A stretch of DNA of 64,000 bases, from positions 704,001 through 768,000 of the forward strand of contig CAVTLK010000001.1 of the NCBI GenBank assembly GCA_963735595.1, given 5' to 3'. Numbering within the stretch: position 1 is the first letter of the stretch; each line of letters begins with the position of its first letter. This document shows positions 44,593 through 55,521 of the stretch, piece after piece. The DNA comes from an uncultured delta proteobacterium (lineage in GTDB: Bacteria > Desulfobacterota > Zymogenia > Zymogenales > Zymogenaceae). The notes beneath the pieces are model-generated. The model was not told the origin of the DNA, made no database searches, and saw only the letters and a list, made by a program, of their open reading frames with translations. The position numbers and the translations under genes were made by a program.

Positions 44593-45841
44593 ATGAAACG
44601 AAACCGGGTCGTCATCACTGGAATGGGTACCGTAAACGCCATTGCGGGTAATACCGACCAATACGCGGCCGCCCTGCAGGACGGAATATGCGGGATCGGC
44701 CCAATCACCCTATTTGATACATCGGCCCAACGGACGAAAACCGGGGGTGAGGTCAGAGATTTTCCATCCGGAAAAGCTGATTCCGTCGAGCTTCTCGCGC
44801 AAGCGTGCGTCCCGTTCCGACCTCCTGGCCATGGCGGCCGCGGTCCAGGCGCTCGAACAGGCGGGGCTCCTTCCATTTCCCCAATCCCTGGCCGATACGA
44901 CCGGGATATCCATCGGCGGAGGCGCCGGGGGAATGCTCGAGGGCGAAGAGTTCTATGAGGCATACCTGAAAAAGGGAAAGGACAGGGCCCGCTTTTCACG
45001 GCTTGCATCGCTCTTTTGCGCGTCGTCTGCCGACCATATCGCGTCAAGCCTCGGCCTCTTCGGGCCGAAGACGACCTTTATGACGGCCTGCTCCTCGGGC
45101 GCTACCGCCATCGGGTTTGCCGCCGACCAGATCAGGTATGGGAGGGCCGAAACCATGATCGCCGGGGGGGCCGAGCCCCTCTCACGGATCATTTACGCCG
45201 CCTTCAACTCGCTGCGTTCGGTCGATCCCGAATACTGCAAGCCTTTCGACAAGAACCGGCAGGGCCTCTCGCTCGGCGAGGGCGCGGGGATATTTATCCT
45301 CGAATCCCTCGACCATGCATCGGCCCGGGGGACAAAGATACTCGGTGAGGTCCTCGGATACGGGGTGACCTGTGATTCGCACCACATGACCGCCCCCGAT
45401 CCCGAGGCCTCCGGGTCGATACGGGCCATGCAGGCGGCGCTTGCCGACGCCGGGGCCGTCAAGGAGCAGATAGAGTATATAAATGCCCACGGCACCGCCA
45501 CCCCGGCCAACGACGTGGCCGAGACCCAGGGCATCAAGGAACTCTTCCAAAAGCGGGCCTATGACGTACCGGTGTCGTCGACCAAGTCGATGATCGCCCA
45601 CACCCTGGGGGCCGCCGGGGCGCTGGAAGGGATGGCCTGCATGCTCGCGATACTAAACGGCTTTATCCCGCCGACCGTTCACCTCTCCGAGCCGGACCCG
45701 GATTGCGATCTCGACTATGTCCCCGGCCGGTCGAGAAAGAAGGAGCTGTCCATCGTCCTTTCCAACTCGTTTGCCTTCGGCGGCAACAACACCTCCGTCA
45801 TCTACGGAAGATACACCCAGAAGGGGATCGTTCATGAGTAA
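44593..45841 (+). CDS. Beta-ketoacyl-ACP synthase (FabF-like KS), frameshift near 44765
   Basis: RVVITGMG, TACSS, GEGAG, INAHGTAT, KSMIAH and SNSFAFGG. Confidence 0.9.
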
Positions 45842-47104
45842 GCGCGTGGTTATTACCGGGGCGGGGGTAGTCTCGTGTCTCGGCGTGGGGATACGGCCAG
45901 TTCACGGACCGACTGTTCGCGGGAGAATCGGGCGCGCGGGAGATCACCTCGTTCGATACGTCGGGCCTCCCGTCGCACCTGGGCGCGCTGGTTGCCGATT
46001 TCAACCCGAAGGATATCATCGATCCAAAGAACCTCCGCAAGATGGATATTCTCTCCCGCACCGCTGTCGCCGCCACGAGGCTCGCCGCCGATGACGCCCG
46101 ACTCGTTATCGACCAGGCCAACCGGGACCGGATCGGCATCATCATGGGTACGGCTTTCGGCTCTACCGATATCTCCATCATGTTCGCCCGCACCCTCTAC
46201 ACGGAAGGACCGACGCTGTTCAATCCGCTCCATGTCCCCAATACCGTCATGAACGCGCCGGCCGGCCACTCCTCCATCGAGCTCGGCTTCCGCGGGTTCA
46301 ACTCAACCATCAACCACAAGGAATCCTCCGCCGAAACGGCGATCGGCTACGCGTTCGATCAAATCACGAAAGGAACGGCAGACGCGATCTTTTCGGGCGG
46401 CGCCGATGTGATATCTCCCCTCCTCTTCGAGGTGCTGACGCGGTTCGGGACCCTCTCCCGGGCCGACGAGCGGCCGGAAGGGGCGCGGCCCTTTGACGTG
46501 AGCCGAAACGGCGCCGTGGCCGGGGAAGGGGCCGGGGTTATCTGCCTCGAATCGCTCGAGCATGCCGAACGGCGCGGGGCCGAAATCTACGCCGAGGTAT
46601 CCGGCTTCGGCATGAGTTCGTCGCCTGCCCCGCCGACCGACTACCCGACCGATCCGAAGGGATACGTCCTGGCAATAACGCGCGCCCTGGATTCGGCCGG
46701 GCTTTCCCCCGCCGATATCGACTATATCTCCGGCGCGGCCAACGGGGGACCGCGGCTCGATCTGCTGGAGGCCGATGCAATCGCCTCCGTATTCGGAACC
46801 GGAAAAGACGGCCCGGCCGTTTCCTCCATAAAGGGGGCGGTCGGTGAGCTATTCGGCGCGGGCGGGATACGGGCCGCCGCGCTGGCCGTCTCGGTCAAGA
46901 ACGGGGTCATCCCCCCGACCGTCGGACTCAACAGCCCCATCTCCCCCCTGAACTTCGTGACCCGGAAGAAAGAGTCCCGTACTGCGCAACGCCCTGTTGT
47001 GCGGCGTCTCGTCCGGGGGCACATTCGTGGCGCTCGTCTTCAGGAGCCCCAAGGTCCGCAATCCCCGGCGCGCACGCACGCCGCCCCACCCGATCGAGTC
47101 GTGA
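45834..47104 (+). CDS. Catalytically degenerate KS-fold protein (chain-length-factor-like), frameshifts near 45890 and 46980
   Basis: RVVITGAG, PNTVMNAPAG and GEGAG are present. NHKESS replaces TACSS, GAANG replaces AHGT, and GEL replaces GH. Confidence 0.82.
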
Positions 47105-47261
47105 CGGGGATTGACGCGGCCGCCCGGAACCGTTATACTGTTATATTTACCCGAACCAGACAGGGACGGTCGATCCTTCGTATGCACCGGCGGGCGTTCG
47201 CACCCCCGCACCACGTATGATATCGACCGCGACCCCATATTAGGAAAGGAAACCCGAGACC

Positions 47262-48794
47262 ATGAACGTTGGAGAATGGGTCTTTAAGCGCGCCCTGACC
47301 GATCCGGACGATCCGTTTCTGAAGGAGTCCGACCGCGTCGACCGGCAGTACAACAACCGGGAGTTCAACAGACGGGTCAACCGGACGGCCCATGCGCTCG
47401 TGTCTCTCGGTGTGGCAGCCGGGGGATCGCGTCTCGGTGGTCATGCTCAACTCCTCGGAGTTCCTCGAGATATACTTCGCCTGCGCCAAGATCGGCGCGA
47501 TCATGGTGCCGGTCAATTTCCGGCTGGCCGTGCCAGAGCTTGTCTATATCTTTACCGATTGCGCGCCGAAGGTGCTCGTTTATTCCTCCGATTTCGCCGA
47601 AAAGATCGCCGAGGTCAAGAAGACGCGGCCGTCATCCCCTATATCTTCGGCTGGGGGGAAACGAACCCGGACGAGGACCACTCGTTTACGGATTTCGTTG
47701 CCGTCAACCCGGACGCGGAACCCGCGCCCCAAGCGGGAGATCAGCGGCGACGATCCCCTCGTCATCATGTATACCTCCGGGACCACGGGCAATCCCAAGG
47801 GGGTCATGATCACCCATACCAACATCACCTTTCACGCCATCCACAATCTCCTCGGTTACGGGGTCAACAGGACCTTTACGTCCCTGGTCACGGCCCCCCT
47901 CTTTCACATCGGGGCACTGTCTGCCGCGGCAAACCCGGTCATCTACGCGGGGGGGTCGCTTGTCCTGAAACGGTTTTTCAACGCCTCGGAGATCATCAAG
48001 CTGATCATGGCCGAGGGGATCAATTATATGTTCGCGGTGCCGGTCATGTACCAGATGATGGCCGAGGCCGCCGAGTGGGACGCCGCCGACTTCTCTCACG
48101 TGCGCTACTTTATCGCCGGCGGCGCGCCCATACCGGTGCCGCTCATCCGGAAGTACCAGGACGAAAAGGGAATCAAGTTCGCCCAGGGGTACGGCCTGAC
48201 CGAGACCGGACGGCTCAGCTCGCTTCCCATCGACGATTCGATCAGAAAGGCCGGCTCCGTCGGCAAGGAGGAGTTCCACGTCATCATGCGCATCGTCGAC
48301 GACGAGGACAACGACGTGACGCCCGGTCAGATTGGCGAGATCATCGTCAAGGGGCCCAACGTTTTTCTCGGCTACTGGAACAAACACGAGGAAACGACGA
48401 AGGCCGTCCGGGACGGCTGGTTTCACACCGGCGACATGGGCAGGAAGGACGAGGAAGGTTTCTCTATATCGCGGGCAGAAAGGTGGAGCTGATCATCAGC
48501 TCCGGCGAGAATATCTATCCCGCGGAGGTCGAGAACGGGCGATCCAGTCGGTACCGCAGGTCAAGGAGGCGGCGGCCGTGGGGATGCCCGATCCCCGTCG
48601 GGGCCAGGTGGTGGCCGCGTTCGTCTCCCTCAAGGAGGGGGCCTCGCTTGTCCGAACAGGAGCTTATCGACAAGATTTCGGATAAGATCGCCGCGTTCAA
48701 ATTCCCCAAGAAGGTCTTTTTCGTGGAGGATTTCCCGAGAAACGTATCGGGCAAGATAGTAAAGACGCAGCTCAAAAAACGGTTTGACACGTAA
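47262..48794 (+). CDS. Acyl-CoA synthetase/AMP-binding ligase 1 (multiple frameshifts)
   Basis: MYTSGTTGNPKG, PLFH, QGYGLTE, WFHTGD, ENIYPAEVE and PRNVSGKI spread across frames. Confidence 0.88.
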   Translation: MNVGEWVFKRALTDPDDPFLKESDRVDRQYNNREFNRRVNRTAHALVSLGVAAGGSRLGGHAQLLGVPRDILRLRQDRRDHGAGQFPAGRARACLYLYRLRAEGARLFLRFRRKDRRGQEDAAVIPYIFGWGETNPDEDHSFTDFVAVNPDAEPAPQAGDQRRRSPRHHVYLRDHGQSQGGHDHPYQHHLSRHPQSPRLRGQQDLYVPGHGPPLSHRGTVCRGKPGHLRGGVACPETVFQRLGDHQADHGRGDQLYVRGAGHVPDDGRGRRVGRRRLLSRALLYRRRRAHTGAAHPEVPGRKGNQVRPGVRPDRDRTAQLASHRRFDQKGRLRRQGGVPRHHAHRRRRGQRRDARSDWRDHRQGAQRFSRLLEQTRGNDEGRPGRLVSHRRHGQEGRGRFLYIAGRKVELIISSGENIYPAEVENGRSSRYRRSRRRRPWGCPIPVGARWWPRSSPSRRGPRLSEQELIDKISDKIAAFKFPKKVFFVEDFPRNVSGKIVKTQLKKRFDT

Positions 48795-48807
48795 AGGATA
48801 CCGGAAG

Positions 48808-50346
48808 ATGAACGTCGGACAGTGGATTTCACAGCGGGCCGCACCGATCCCAACCTGCCTTTTTTGAAAGACGTGGACGGCGGCATGAGGTCATTTGACA
48901 ATCGGCAATTCAACCGGCGGACCAACCGCATGGCCCACGCGCTTATCTCTGACGGCGTAAAAAAGGGAGACCGGGTTTCGGTCGCTCATGCTCAATTCCT
49001 CGGAGTTTCTCGAGATATTCTTTGCCTGCGCCAAGATCGGGGCTATCCTCGTGCCCATCAACTACCGGCTGGCCGCCCCCGAGATCGCCTATATGGTCAG
49101 CGACGCGCGGCCTACGGTGCTCGTCTATTCGGCCGACTTCGCCGATAAGGTCGCCGAGCTCAAGGCCCAGACCGATACGGTCTCGGCATGGTTTCGCCAC
49201 AGCGGGGACGCACTTTCCGAGGATCGGGACATCACGCCCTTTGTCGAGACCTTTCCCGACCGACGAGCCGATCCCGGACCACCGACGTGACCGCGGACGA
49301 TCCGCTGTTGATCATGTATACCTCCGGCACCACCGGCGACCCCAAGGGCGCCGTCCTCACGCACGACAACGTCATCTTCGACTCGGTGCATAACCTGATT
49401 AATTTCTCGCTGGACAAGGATTTCCGGTCGCTGGTAACGGCGCCGCTCTACCACGTCGGTCCCCTCGGCGCCTCGACGACCCCCGTGGTCTACGCGGGCG
49501 GATCGCTCGGTCCTCAAGCGGTTCTTCAACGCGTCTGAGATCATCAAGATCATCATGCGGGAGCGGATCAACTACATGTTCACCGTCCCGGTGATGTACC
49601 AGATGATGGCCGACGCCGCCGAGTGGGACGCGGCTGATTTCTCGCACGTCCACTATTTCTTTTCGGGTGCCGCCCCCATGCCGGTCCCGGTGATCAAGCG
49701 CTACCAGGAGGAAAAGGGCGTCCGCTTTGCGCAGGGATACGGCATGACCGAGGCGCTGCAGATCTCGGCGCTCTCGTCTAGACGATTCGATCACCAAGGC
49801 CGGCTCCGTGGGAAAGGAGAACTTCCACGTGATGCTCAGGGTCGTCGACGACGAGGACAGCGACGCGAGAGACGGTAAGACCGGCGAGATCGTCATCAAG
49901 GGGCCGACGATCTTTTCGAGGCTACTGGGAAAAGCCCGCCGAGACCGAGGCGGCCATGCGCGGCGGCTGGTTTCACACCGGGGACATGGCCCGGCGAGAC
50001 GCCGACGGCTTCCTGTTCCTCGAGGGCAGAAAGAAAGAGCTGATCATCATGCAACGGGATCAACATCTACCCGGCGGAGGTGGAAAAGGCGATCCAGTCG
50101 ATTATCGAGGTCAAGGAGTCGGCGGCCGTGGGGCTGCCCGATGCCCGCCGGGGCGAGGTGGTGGCCGCGTTCGTCTCCCTCAAGCAGCCCAACACGCTCA
50201 CCGAGCAGCAGCTCATCGAGCGGCTCACGGGCAAGATCGCCGATTTCAAGCTGCCGCGGAAGGTCTTTTTCGTCGACGATTTCCCCCGCAACACCCAGGG
50301 GAAGATATTGAAGAAAGAACTCAAGCGCCAGATCGAGGCGTTGTAG
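48808..50346 (+). CDS. Acyl-CoA synthetase/AMP-binding ligase 2 (multiple frameshifts)
   Basis: MYTSGTTGDPKG, PLYH, QGYGMTE, WFHTGD and PRNTQGKI spread across frames. Confidence 0.88.
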
Positions 50347-50353
50347 GATAAAA

Positions 50354-50703
50354 TGGGCATGACATGTCATGCCCCTACGGGTTCTTCATCGCAGGCGGTG
50401 AAAGCCCTTTTTTTTTCCACGTCCGAACTTCTTTCTCCACGTAGGGGCACCACATGTGGTGCCCGTCTTTTTAGTCATATCCGCCAACTGCGTAGGGTGC
50501 CACTGACAAGCATCAGCTTGTCAGTGCGAGGGTGGGATACCCCCCTACGGACAACGGCGTCAGGCGACCTACCCAACACACAGTCCGTCATTGCGAGGAG
50601 GCGTTAGCCGACGCGGCAATCTCAACTGCCCCACGCAGTGGCCGTTTCCTTCCTTGAATGCCGTCATTGCGAGCGTAGCGAAGCAATCCCCCGACTGTCA
50701 CCG
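50354..50703. repeat. Cluster of REP-like palindromes (GTAGGG family and GTCATTGCGAG family)
   Basis: gggcatgacatgtcatgcccctac, gtaggggcaccacatgtggtgccc, gtagggtgccactgacaag..cttgtcagtg, and ccgtcattgcgag..gcaatc twice. Confidence 0.8.
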
Positions 50704-50909
50704 CAGAATCCCACTTAAAACCCTACCACCCCTATCAACAATCACGATGTAACCGGTAAACGGTTTTCGTTGCAATCTCGACAACGTATCGTATAATAAT
50801 CGCACTCTGGCTGCCGGCCCTCCCATACCCTCGTATCCCTCTTCCAGAAGGCGCGCCGGCCTTCGATCTAAACGAAAATGCGACCCTATCGGTATCAGGG
50901 GGTTATATT

Positions 50910-51359
50910 ATGCGCATCGAATGCCCGAAATGCAAATACGCCGGCAATATAGCCGATCAGCTAGTTCCCGAAGAAGGCCGTAGTGTCACTTGTCCAAAAT
51001 GTAAAGAAAAGTTCACGGTCCAGCCCGCCAAATCGGCACCGGAGATCCAAGAAGTTAGTATCCCACCCAACACGACATTCAAAGAACAGCTAATGGAAGG
51101 CTATCCTAAACAGGATAAGGTGTCTGAAGAAAGCTCCGTACCCTCATTGAGTACTGCTCCAAGGTATAAATATAAGGTCGAGTATATATACGAAGGACTA
51201 ATTTTCAAAACACTTAACATAAACAAGATTCAAAATAACCTGAATGCGGAAGCGAAAGATGGCTGGGTCCTTGATAGGCTTGCCATAGTACCACAACGTC
51301 GGTTTCTCCTTTTCATACGAAACGCCATGATCTTTATTTTTCGACAGCAAATATGCTGA
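50910..51359 (+). CDS. MJ0042-type zinc-ribbon protein with C-terminal DUF4177-like domain
   Basis: MRIECPKC..VTCPKC..F; YKYKV..LN.EAKDGW.L..FIFRQ. Confidence 0.78.
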   Translation: MRIECPKCKYAGNIADQLVPEEGRSVTCPKCKEKFTVQPAKSAPEIQEVSIPPNTTFKEQLMEGYPKQDKVSEESSVPSLSTAPRYKYKVEYIYEGLIFKTLNINKIQNNLNAEAKDGWVLDRLAIVPQRRFLLFIRNAMIFIFRQQIC

Positions 51360-51399
51360 AGTAGATAATTGCAGTAAAAACGGAAATAGAGAAAATTAA

Positions 51400-52179
51400 A
51401 TGAAGTATTCGACAGTCACTTCGAAAGGCAGGCTAAGGAAATCTCTTCTTCCCGCTGTATATCTAGACGCATCAGTAATAATTGACTACTGGATTGCAGA
51501 TGGTATTGAACACCCTGAAAGCGATTCCGAGTACCAGAACGCCATGCTTCAGAATGAGGTCCATAGGTTAGTCAGGGAAATAGTTGATTCAGAGAAACGT
51601 ATTAGAAAGGTAGCCCATATAAGAAGTAATTACTTAGACGACAGATCTAAAATATCCTTTGTTACAAGCGAATTAGCAGTCTGGGAATTGCAGGATTGGC
51701 TAGCGGAGTCGGGTTTTAGAAGAATAGCTACTGAAGCGTGCGGCTCATCTGTTACAAAGAAAATGGGTAAAAAAGAAATCGGTAAGTCTCTTAGGAAAGC
51801 TCTTGACCTTTATGAAAAGGAAGAAGAACACCATAATCCCGAAGAAGGTGTAACTGCATTAACAATGCTAATGATGGATATGTGGACGAACCTTAGCTAT
51901 GCTCAGGCTCACGGGTTAAGGGGTATAACTGTTGTGGACATAGTTAATTTCAATCTCCCCCCCAAGCGGTCAATAGAGATAAAGCTGTTTCCCAATCCGC
52001 TTACACTTTCATATCTTCAAATAGGAGCCGCGGATATCTTTCACCTTATGTTTGCACATCACCTCGGGTGTTCCTATTTTGCTACTTTTGATAAGGGTTT
52101 AGAAGTTGCCAAGGGACAATTAGAAGAAGCAGGAATAACACTCCTAACAACTCCTGAACAGATAAATAAGGTTATGTAA
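51400..52179 (+). CDS. PIN-domain-like protein (AT-rich)
   Basis: YLDASVII, TSELAVWE, ADIFHL..A and FATFDKG. Confidence 0.75.
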   Translation: MKYSTVTSKGRLRKSLLPAVYLDASVIIDYWIADGIEHPESDSEYQNAMLQNEVHRLVREIVDSEKRIRKVAHIRSNYLDDRSKISFVTSELAVWELQDWLAESGFRRIATEACGSSVTKKMGKKEIGKSLRKALDLYEKEEEHHNPEEGVTALTMLMMDMWTNLSYAQAHGLRGITVVDIVNFNLPPKRSIEIKLFPNPLTLSYLQIGAADIFHLMFAHHLGCSYFATFDKGLEVAKGQLEEAGITLLTTPEQINKVM

Positions 52180-52267
52180 TCCAGGTTTGTTAATGTTCTA
52201 GGTATTCGAGGAAATCAAGACCCAACAGAAACCATAACCGAGGTGGAGTTAGATAGTTTCTCCCCCC

Positions 52268-53158
52268 TTACCCCATCCCTCCCTTTATCATCCGCACCTG
52301 CGCCTTCAGGTTGAGGAGATAGGCCTCCTCCGGCTGCTTACCCTGCCGGGCCGTGAGATATTCCTCTTTCTTTACCCGCTCGATCACCCGCCCCTCGTCC
52401 ATCCCCTCTTCCGCGAGGTAGCGCTCGATCTTATCTTTGAGCTCCGCCGCGTCCCTGAGGGCCGCCGCGATGAGCCGCTCTACCTCGTCCCCGTAGGCCT
52501 GCGCGTGGTGGCCGGTCAGCACGCGCCGCGGCCGCGCCGCAGCGACCTTGTTTATGGACGCAACGTAGTCCTCGTAGCTCGTCAGGAACTCCGGCCCCAC
52601 GTAGAGCTCGTCGCCGGGGACGATGCCGATAGCCTCTCCGGTCAGCACGATCTCGTCCGGACCCACGAGGTAGCTCATGCTGTCCTGCGTGTGGCCGGGG
52701 GTGGCCATCGCCGTGACCGTCACGCCTCCGCCGAGGTCGATCACCTCGCCGTCCGTCAGTATCACGTCGCCCGTGATCACCGAGTAGTCAAAATCCGCAT
52801 TAACCAGACGCTCCCGTATCAGCTCCGGGTCGGTCATCCGCCGGTTGAGCCCCTCCATCACGCGCCGCGCCCCCGGCCGCCCCATGACGTAAAAGACGTA
52901 TTCGTGGCCCCCGAATTTCAGCGCCGGCATGTGCCGCTTCAGGTAGGGCGCGCCGCCGATATGGTCGAAATGTGAATGGGTAAAGACGACCAGCTCCGGC
53001 AGGCGAGAGCCCAGCGCCGCGGGCATCTCTTCCATAAAGGCCGGCGCCATGGAGACCGGCCCCGCGTCCACCATGACGACGCGGTCCTTCCCGATGACCA
53101 GGTACGCGGGCAGGTTCCAGTTTCCGATGAGGGTGAGGTTGTCCGTAATCCGTTCCAT
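52268..53158 (-). CDS. Metallo-beta-lactamase fold hydrolase
   Basis: THSHFDHIGG, TPGHT and TGH. Confidence 0.9.
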   Translation of the reverse strand: MERITDNLTLIGNWNLPAYLVIGKDRVVMVDAGPVSMAPAFMEEMPAALGSRLPELVVFTHSHFDHIGGAPYLKRHMPALKFGGHEYVFYVMGRPGARRVMEGLNRRMTDPELIRERLVNADFDYSVITGDVILTDGEVIDLGGGVTVTAMATPGHTQDSMSYLVGPDEIVLTGEAIGIVPGDELYVGPEFLTSYEDYVASINKVAAARPRRVLTGHHAQAYGDEVERLIAAALRDAAELKDKIERYLAEEGMDEGRVIERVKKEEYLTARQGKQPEEAYLLNLKAQVRMIKGGMG

Positions 53159-53298
53159 TGCTTATTCCGTTTATTCCGTATGGGTATTGGGGCGATGATA
53201 CCATACGCCGGCCCGCGCACAAATAGATAAATCATACGCGGCGCGCTTTTTGCCCGGGTCTGCCGGCACAGGAACAGTCGACACGATCCCCCGTCTCA

Positions 53299-53337
53299 CA
53301 AAAAAACGGGGGACGAAAACAGTTTTCGTCCCCCGTT
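53299..53337 (-). terminator. tRNA-Leu terminator
   Basis: A run followed by the cgggggacgaaaac-a-gttttcgtcccccg hairpin. Confidence 0.8.
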
Positions 53338-53349
53338 GCTCTATACAGG

Positions 53350-53436
53350 TGGTGCCGAAGGCGGGAGTCGAACCCGCACAGGCCAACGCCCACTAGACCC
53401 TGAACCTAGCGCGTCTACCAGTTCCGCCACTTCGGC
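53350..53436 (-). tRNA. tRNA-Leu(CAG)
   Basis: GCCGAAGTGGCGGAA..TTCAGGG loop, long variable arm, TTCGA and CCA. Confidence 0.96.
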
Positions 53437-53591
53437 ACGATTCGGTTCTTATGTATCGAAGGCTGCCCTTACGCCCCCCTCAGATATGAGATTCACCGCG
53501 CCCGCGCATCGTGCGCGTCCCGGCCTTTTTTACTTGAAACCGGACAGGTTTTAAATTATATTGTTCCCTTTACAATGTCAAGACAAAATTG

Positions 53592-54527
53592 ATGAAAATC
53601 GTTTCGTGGGAGCCCGGGTACCGCTCCCCCTATCTCAAGACGGTGCTGACCATCGGCAACTTCGACGGCGTCCACCTCGGGCACCGGGCGATTTTCAATT
53701 CCGTCATCGCCGAGGCCCTCGAACTCTCGGCAATACCGGCCGTCCTCACCTTCAACCCCCATCCCCAGCAGTTCTTCCGAAGCTCGGAGCCGCCGCTCAT
53801 CACGACGTTCGATAAAAAGATGGAGCTGATGGATTCCTGCGGGATCGAGGTGGTCTTCGTGGCGGGCGCCAACCGCGAGTTTTACGAGCTTACCGCCGAG
53901 GCCTTCGTACACGAGGTGCTGCTGGAAAGCCTCAACATGGTATCGGTCTTCGTGGGCCACGACTTCACCTTTGGAAAGGGAAAGGCGGGGACCATCGAGA
54001 TGCTCACGATGCTGGGCGAGCAGTACGGCTTTGGAGTCAATGAAAAGGGCGCCGTGGTTGTTGAGGGCATGCTGGTCTCCAGCACCATGGTCAGGAACCT
54101 CATCCAGATGGGGCGCGTGCGGCAGGCGTCAACGCTGCTCGGCCGCGACTTCAGCGTCTCCGGCCGGGTCATCCGGGGCGCCGGGAGGGGCAGAAAGCTC
54201 GGGTACCCCACCGCAAATATCGACTACACCGGAAGGCTCATGCCGCTGGGAGGGATCTACGTAACCTGGGTGGTGATAGACGGCAGGCGATACTACGGCG
54301 TGGCAAATCTCGGCAATAATCCCACCTTCGGAACGCACAGTTTCTCGTTTGAGGTCCATATCCTTCGTTTCGACGAAGACATCTACGACAAGGTGATTGA
54401 GGTCGGTTTTATCGATCGAATTCGTCACGAGATCAAGTTTTCGGGCCCCGATGAGCTCATCAGGCAGATCCAGGACGATATAACGGTCGCCGAAAGGATT
54501 ATCAAAAGCTATGAGGCTCGACTATAA
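53592..54527 (+). CDS. ribF: Bifunctional riboflavin kinase/FAD synthetase
   Basis: IGNFDGVHLGH, VGHDFTFG, VSST and GRKLGYPTAN. Confidence 0.96.
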   Translation: MKIVSWEPGYRSPYLKTVLTIGNFDGVHLGHRAIFNSVIAEALELSAIPAVLTFNPHPQQFFRSSEPPLITTFDKKMELMDSCGIEVVFVAGANREFYELTAEAFVHEVLLESLNMVSVFVGHDFTFGKGKAGTIEMLTMLGEQYGFGVNEKGAVVVEGMLVSSTMVRNLIQMGRVRQASTLLGRDFSVSGRVIRGAGRGRKLGYPTANIDYTGRLMPLGGIYVTWVVIDGRRYYGVANLGNNPTFGTHSFSFEVHILRFDEDIYDKVIEVGFIDRIRHEIKFSGPDELIRQIQDDITVAERIIKSYEARL

Positions 54528-55521
54528 GTTCTACCTCGGTCTCCTGGTCGGGGCGGTGTTCCTCTTCCTCGCTCTTCACAAGGTCAACTTCGCCGAGATG
54601 GCGCTGGTCTTTTCCGACATCAGGTGGCCGTTAATCGCCGTTGCGCTCGTCCTCCATTTCCTGATCTACGCAATCAGGATGTTCCGATGGAAGCTCCTTC
54701 TGGCGCCCATCAAGGATACGAAGTACCGGAATCTCTTCTCGGCCATTGCTATCGGGTTCGGGGCCAACAACATGTTTCCGGTCCGCCTCGGCGAGCTGGT
54801 ACGGGCCTACGCCCTCGGCAAGATGGAAAGGATCAGCTCGAGCGCGGCCCTGGCGACCATTGTCATCGAGCGGGTCTTTGACATCCTGGCCGTGCTCGGG
54901 ATGCTCGTTGCCGTCTTCTTCTTCGTGACGTTTCCCGAAGGGTACGGGAAGTTCATGGTGGGCTTGCGCGCGGCCGGGATATCCGCCATAGTGGCGCTGA
55001 CCCTCTTCATCGCCTTCCTGGTGCTCCTGGAGAGAAACCGGGACCGGGCGATGCTCATCGTCCGGTTCTTCTCGCGCCCGCTGTCCGAGCGTTTCCGGAC
55101 GCACCTTGAATCAATGATGATCTCGTTTGCCGACGGGCTCAACGTCCTCTATCACGGCAAGAAGCTCGTTGGGGTCGTGATTTTTTCGATACTGACCTGG
55201 CTCGCGATCGCCGCCTTTTATTGGGTGATCATTCTTTCCCTCGATATTTCCCTGCCTTTTATGGCGGCGATCTTCGTCACGGTGCTCATCGCGTTTGCGG
55301 TGTCCCTGCCGGCCCCGCCCGGGTACATCGGGACGTTTCACGCCGCCGCCCGCTACGCCCTGGTCTTCTATGGGCTCCCGGCAAGCCGCGCCGCCGGCGT
55401 GGGTATTGTCCTGCACGCGATGAGCTTCATCCCGGCGATAGCAGGCGGGCTCGTGTTTATCTGGCTTGATAAGATGAGCTTTGCCGAGATGACGCACGTG
55501 AAGGGCGAAGGCGTCAAGTAA
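54511..55521 (+). CDS. Lysylphosphatidylglycerol synthase TM (UPF0104) flippase-like protein
   Basis: RWKLLL, NNMFPVRLGELVR, ERVFD and PAPPGYIGTFH. Confidence 0.9.
   Translation: MRLDYKFYLGLLVGAVFLFLALHKVNFAEMALVFSDIRWPLIAVALVLHFLIYAIRMFRWKLLLAPIKDTKYRNLFSAIAIGFGANNMFPVRLGELVRAYALGKMERISSSAALATIVIERVFDILAVLGMLVAVFFFVTFPEGYGKFMVGLRAAGISAIVALTLFIAFLVLLERNRDRAMLIVRFFSRPLSERFRTHLESMMISFADGLNVLYHGKKLVGVVIFSILTWLAIAAFYWVIILSLDISLPFMAAIFVTVLIAFAVSLPAPPGYIGTFHAAARYALVFYGLPASRAAGVGIVLHAMSFIPAIAGGLVFIWLDKMSFAEMTHVKGEGVK

Noticed and set aside
50350..53436. tRNA-Leu-anchored integrative element
   Set aside because: No integrase and no duplicated tRNA 3' end found.
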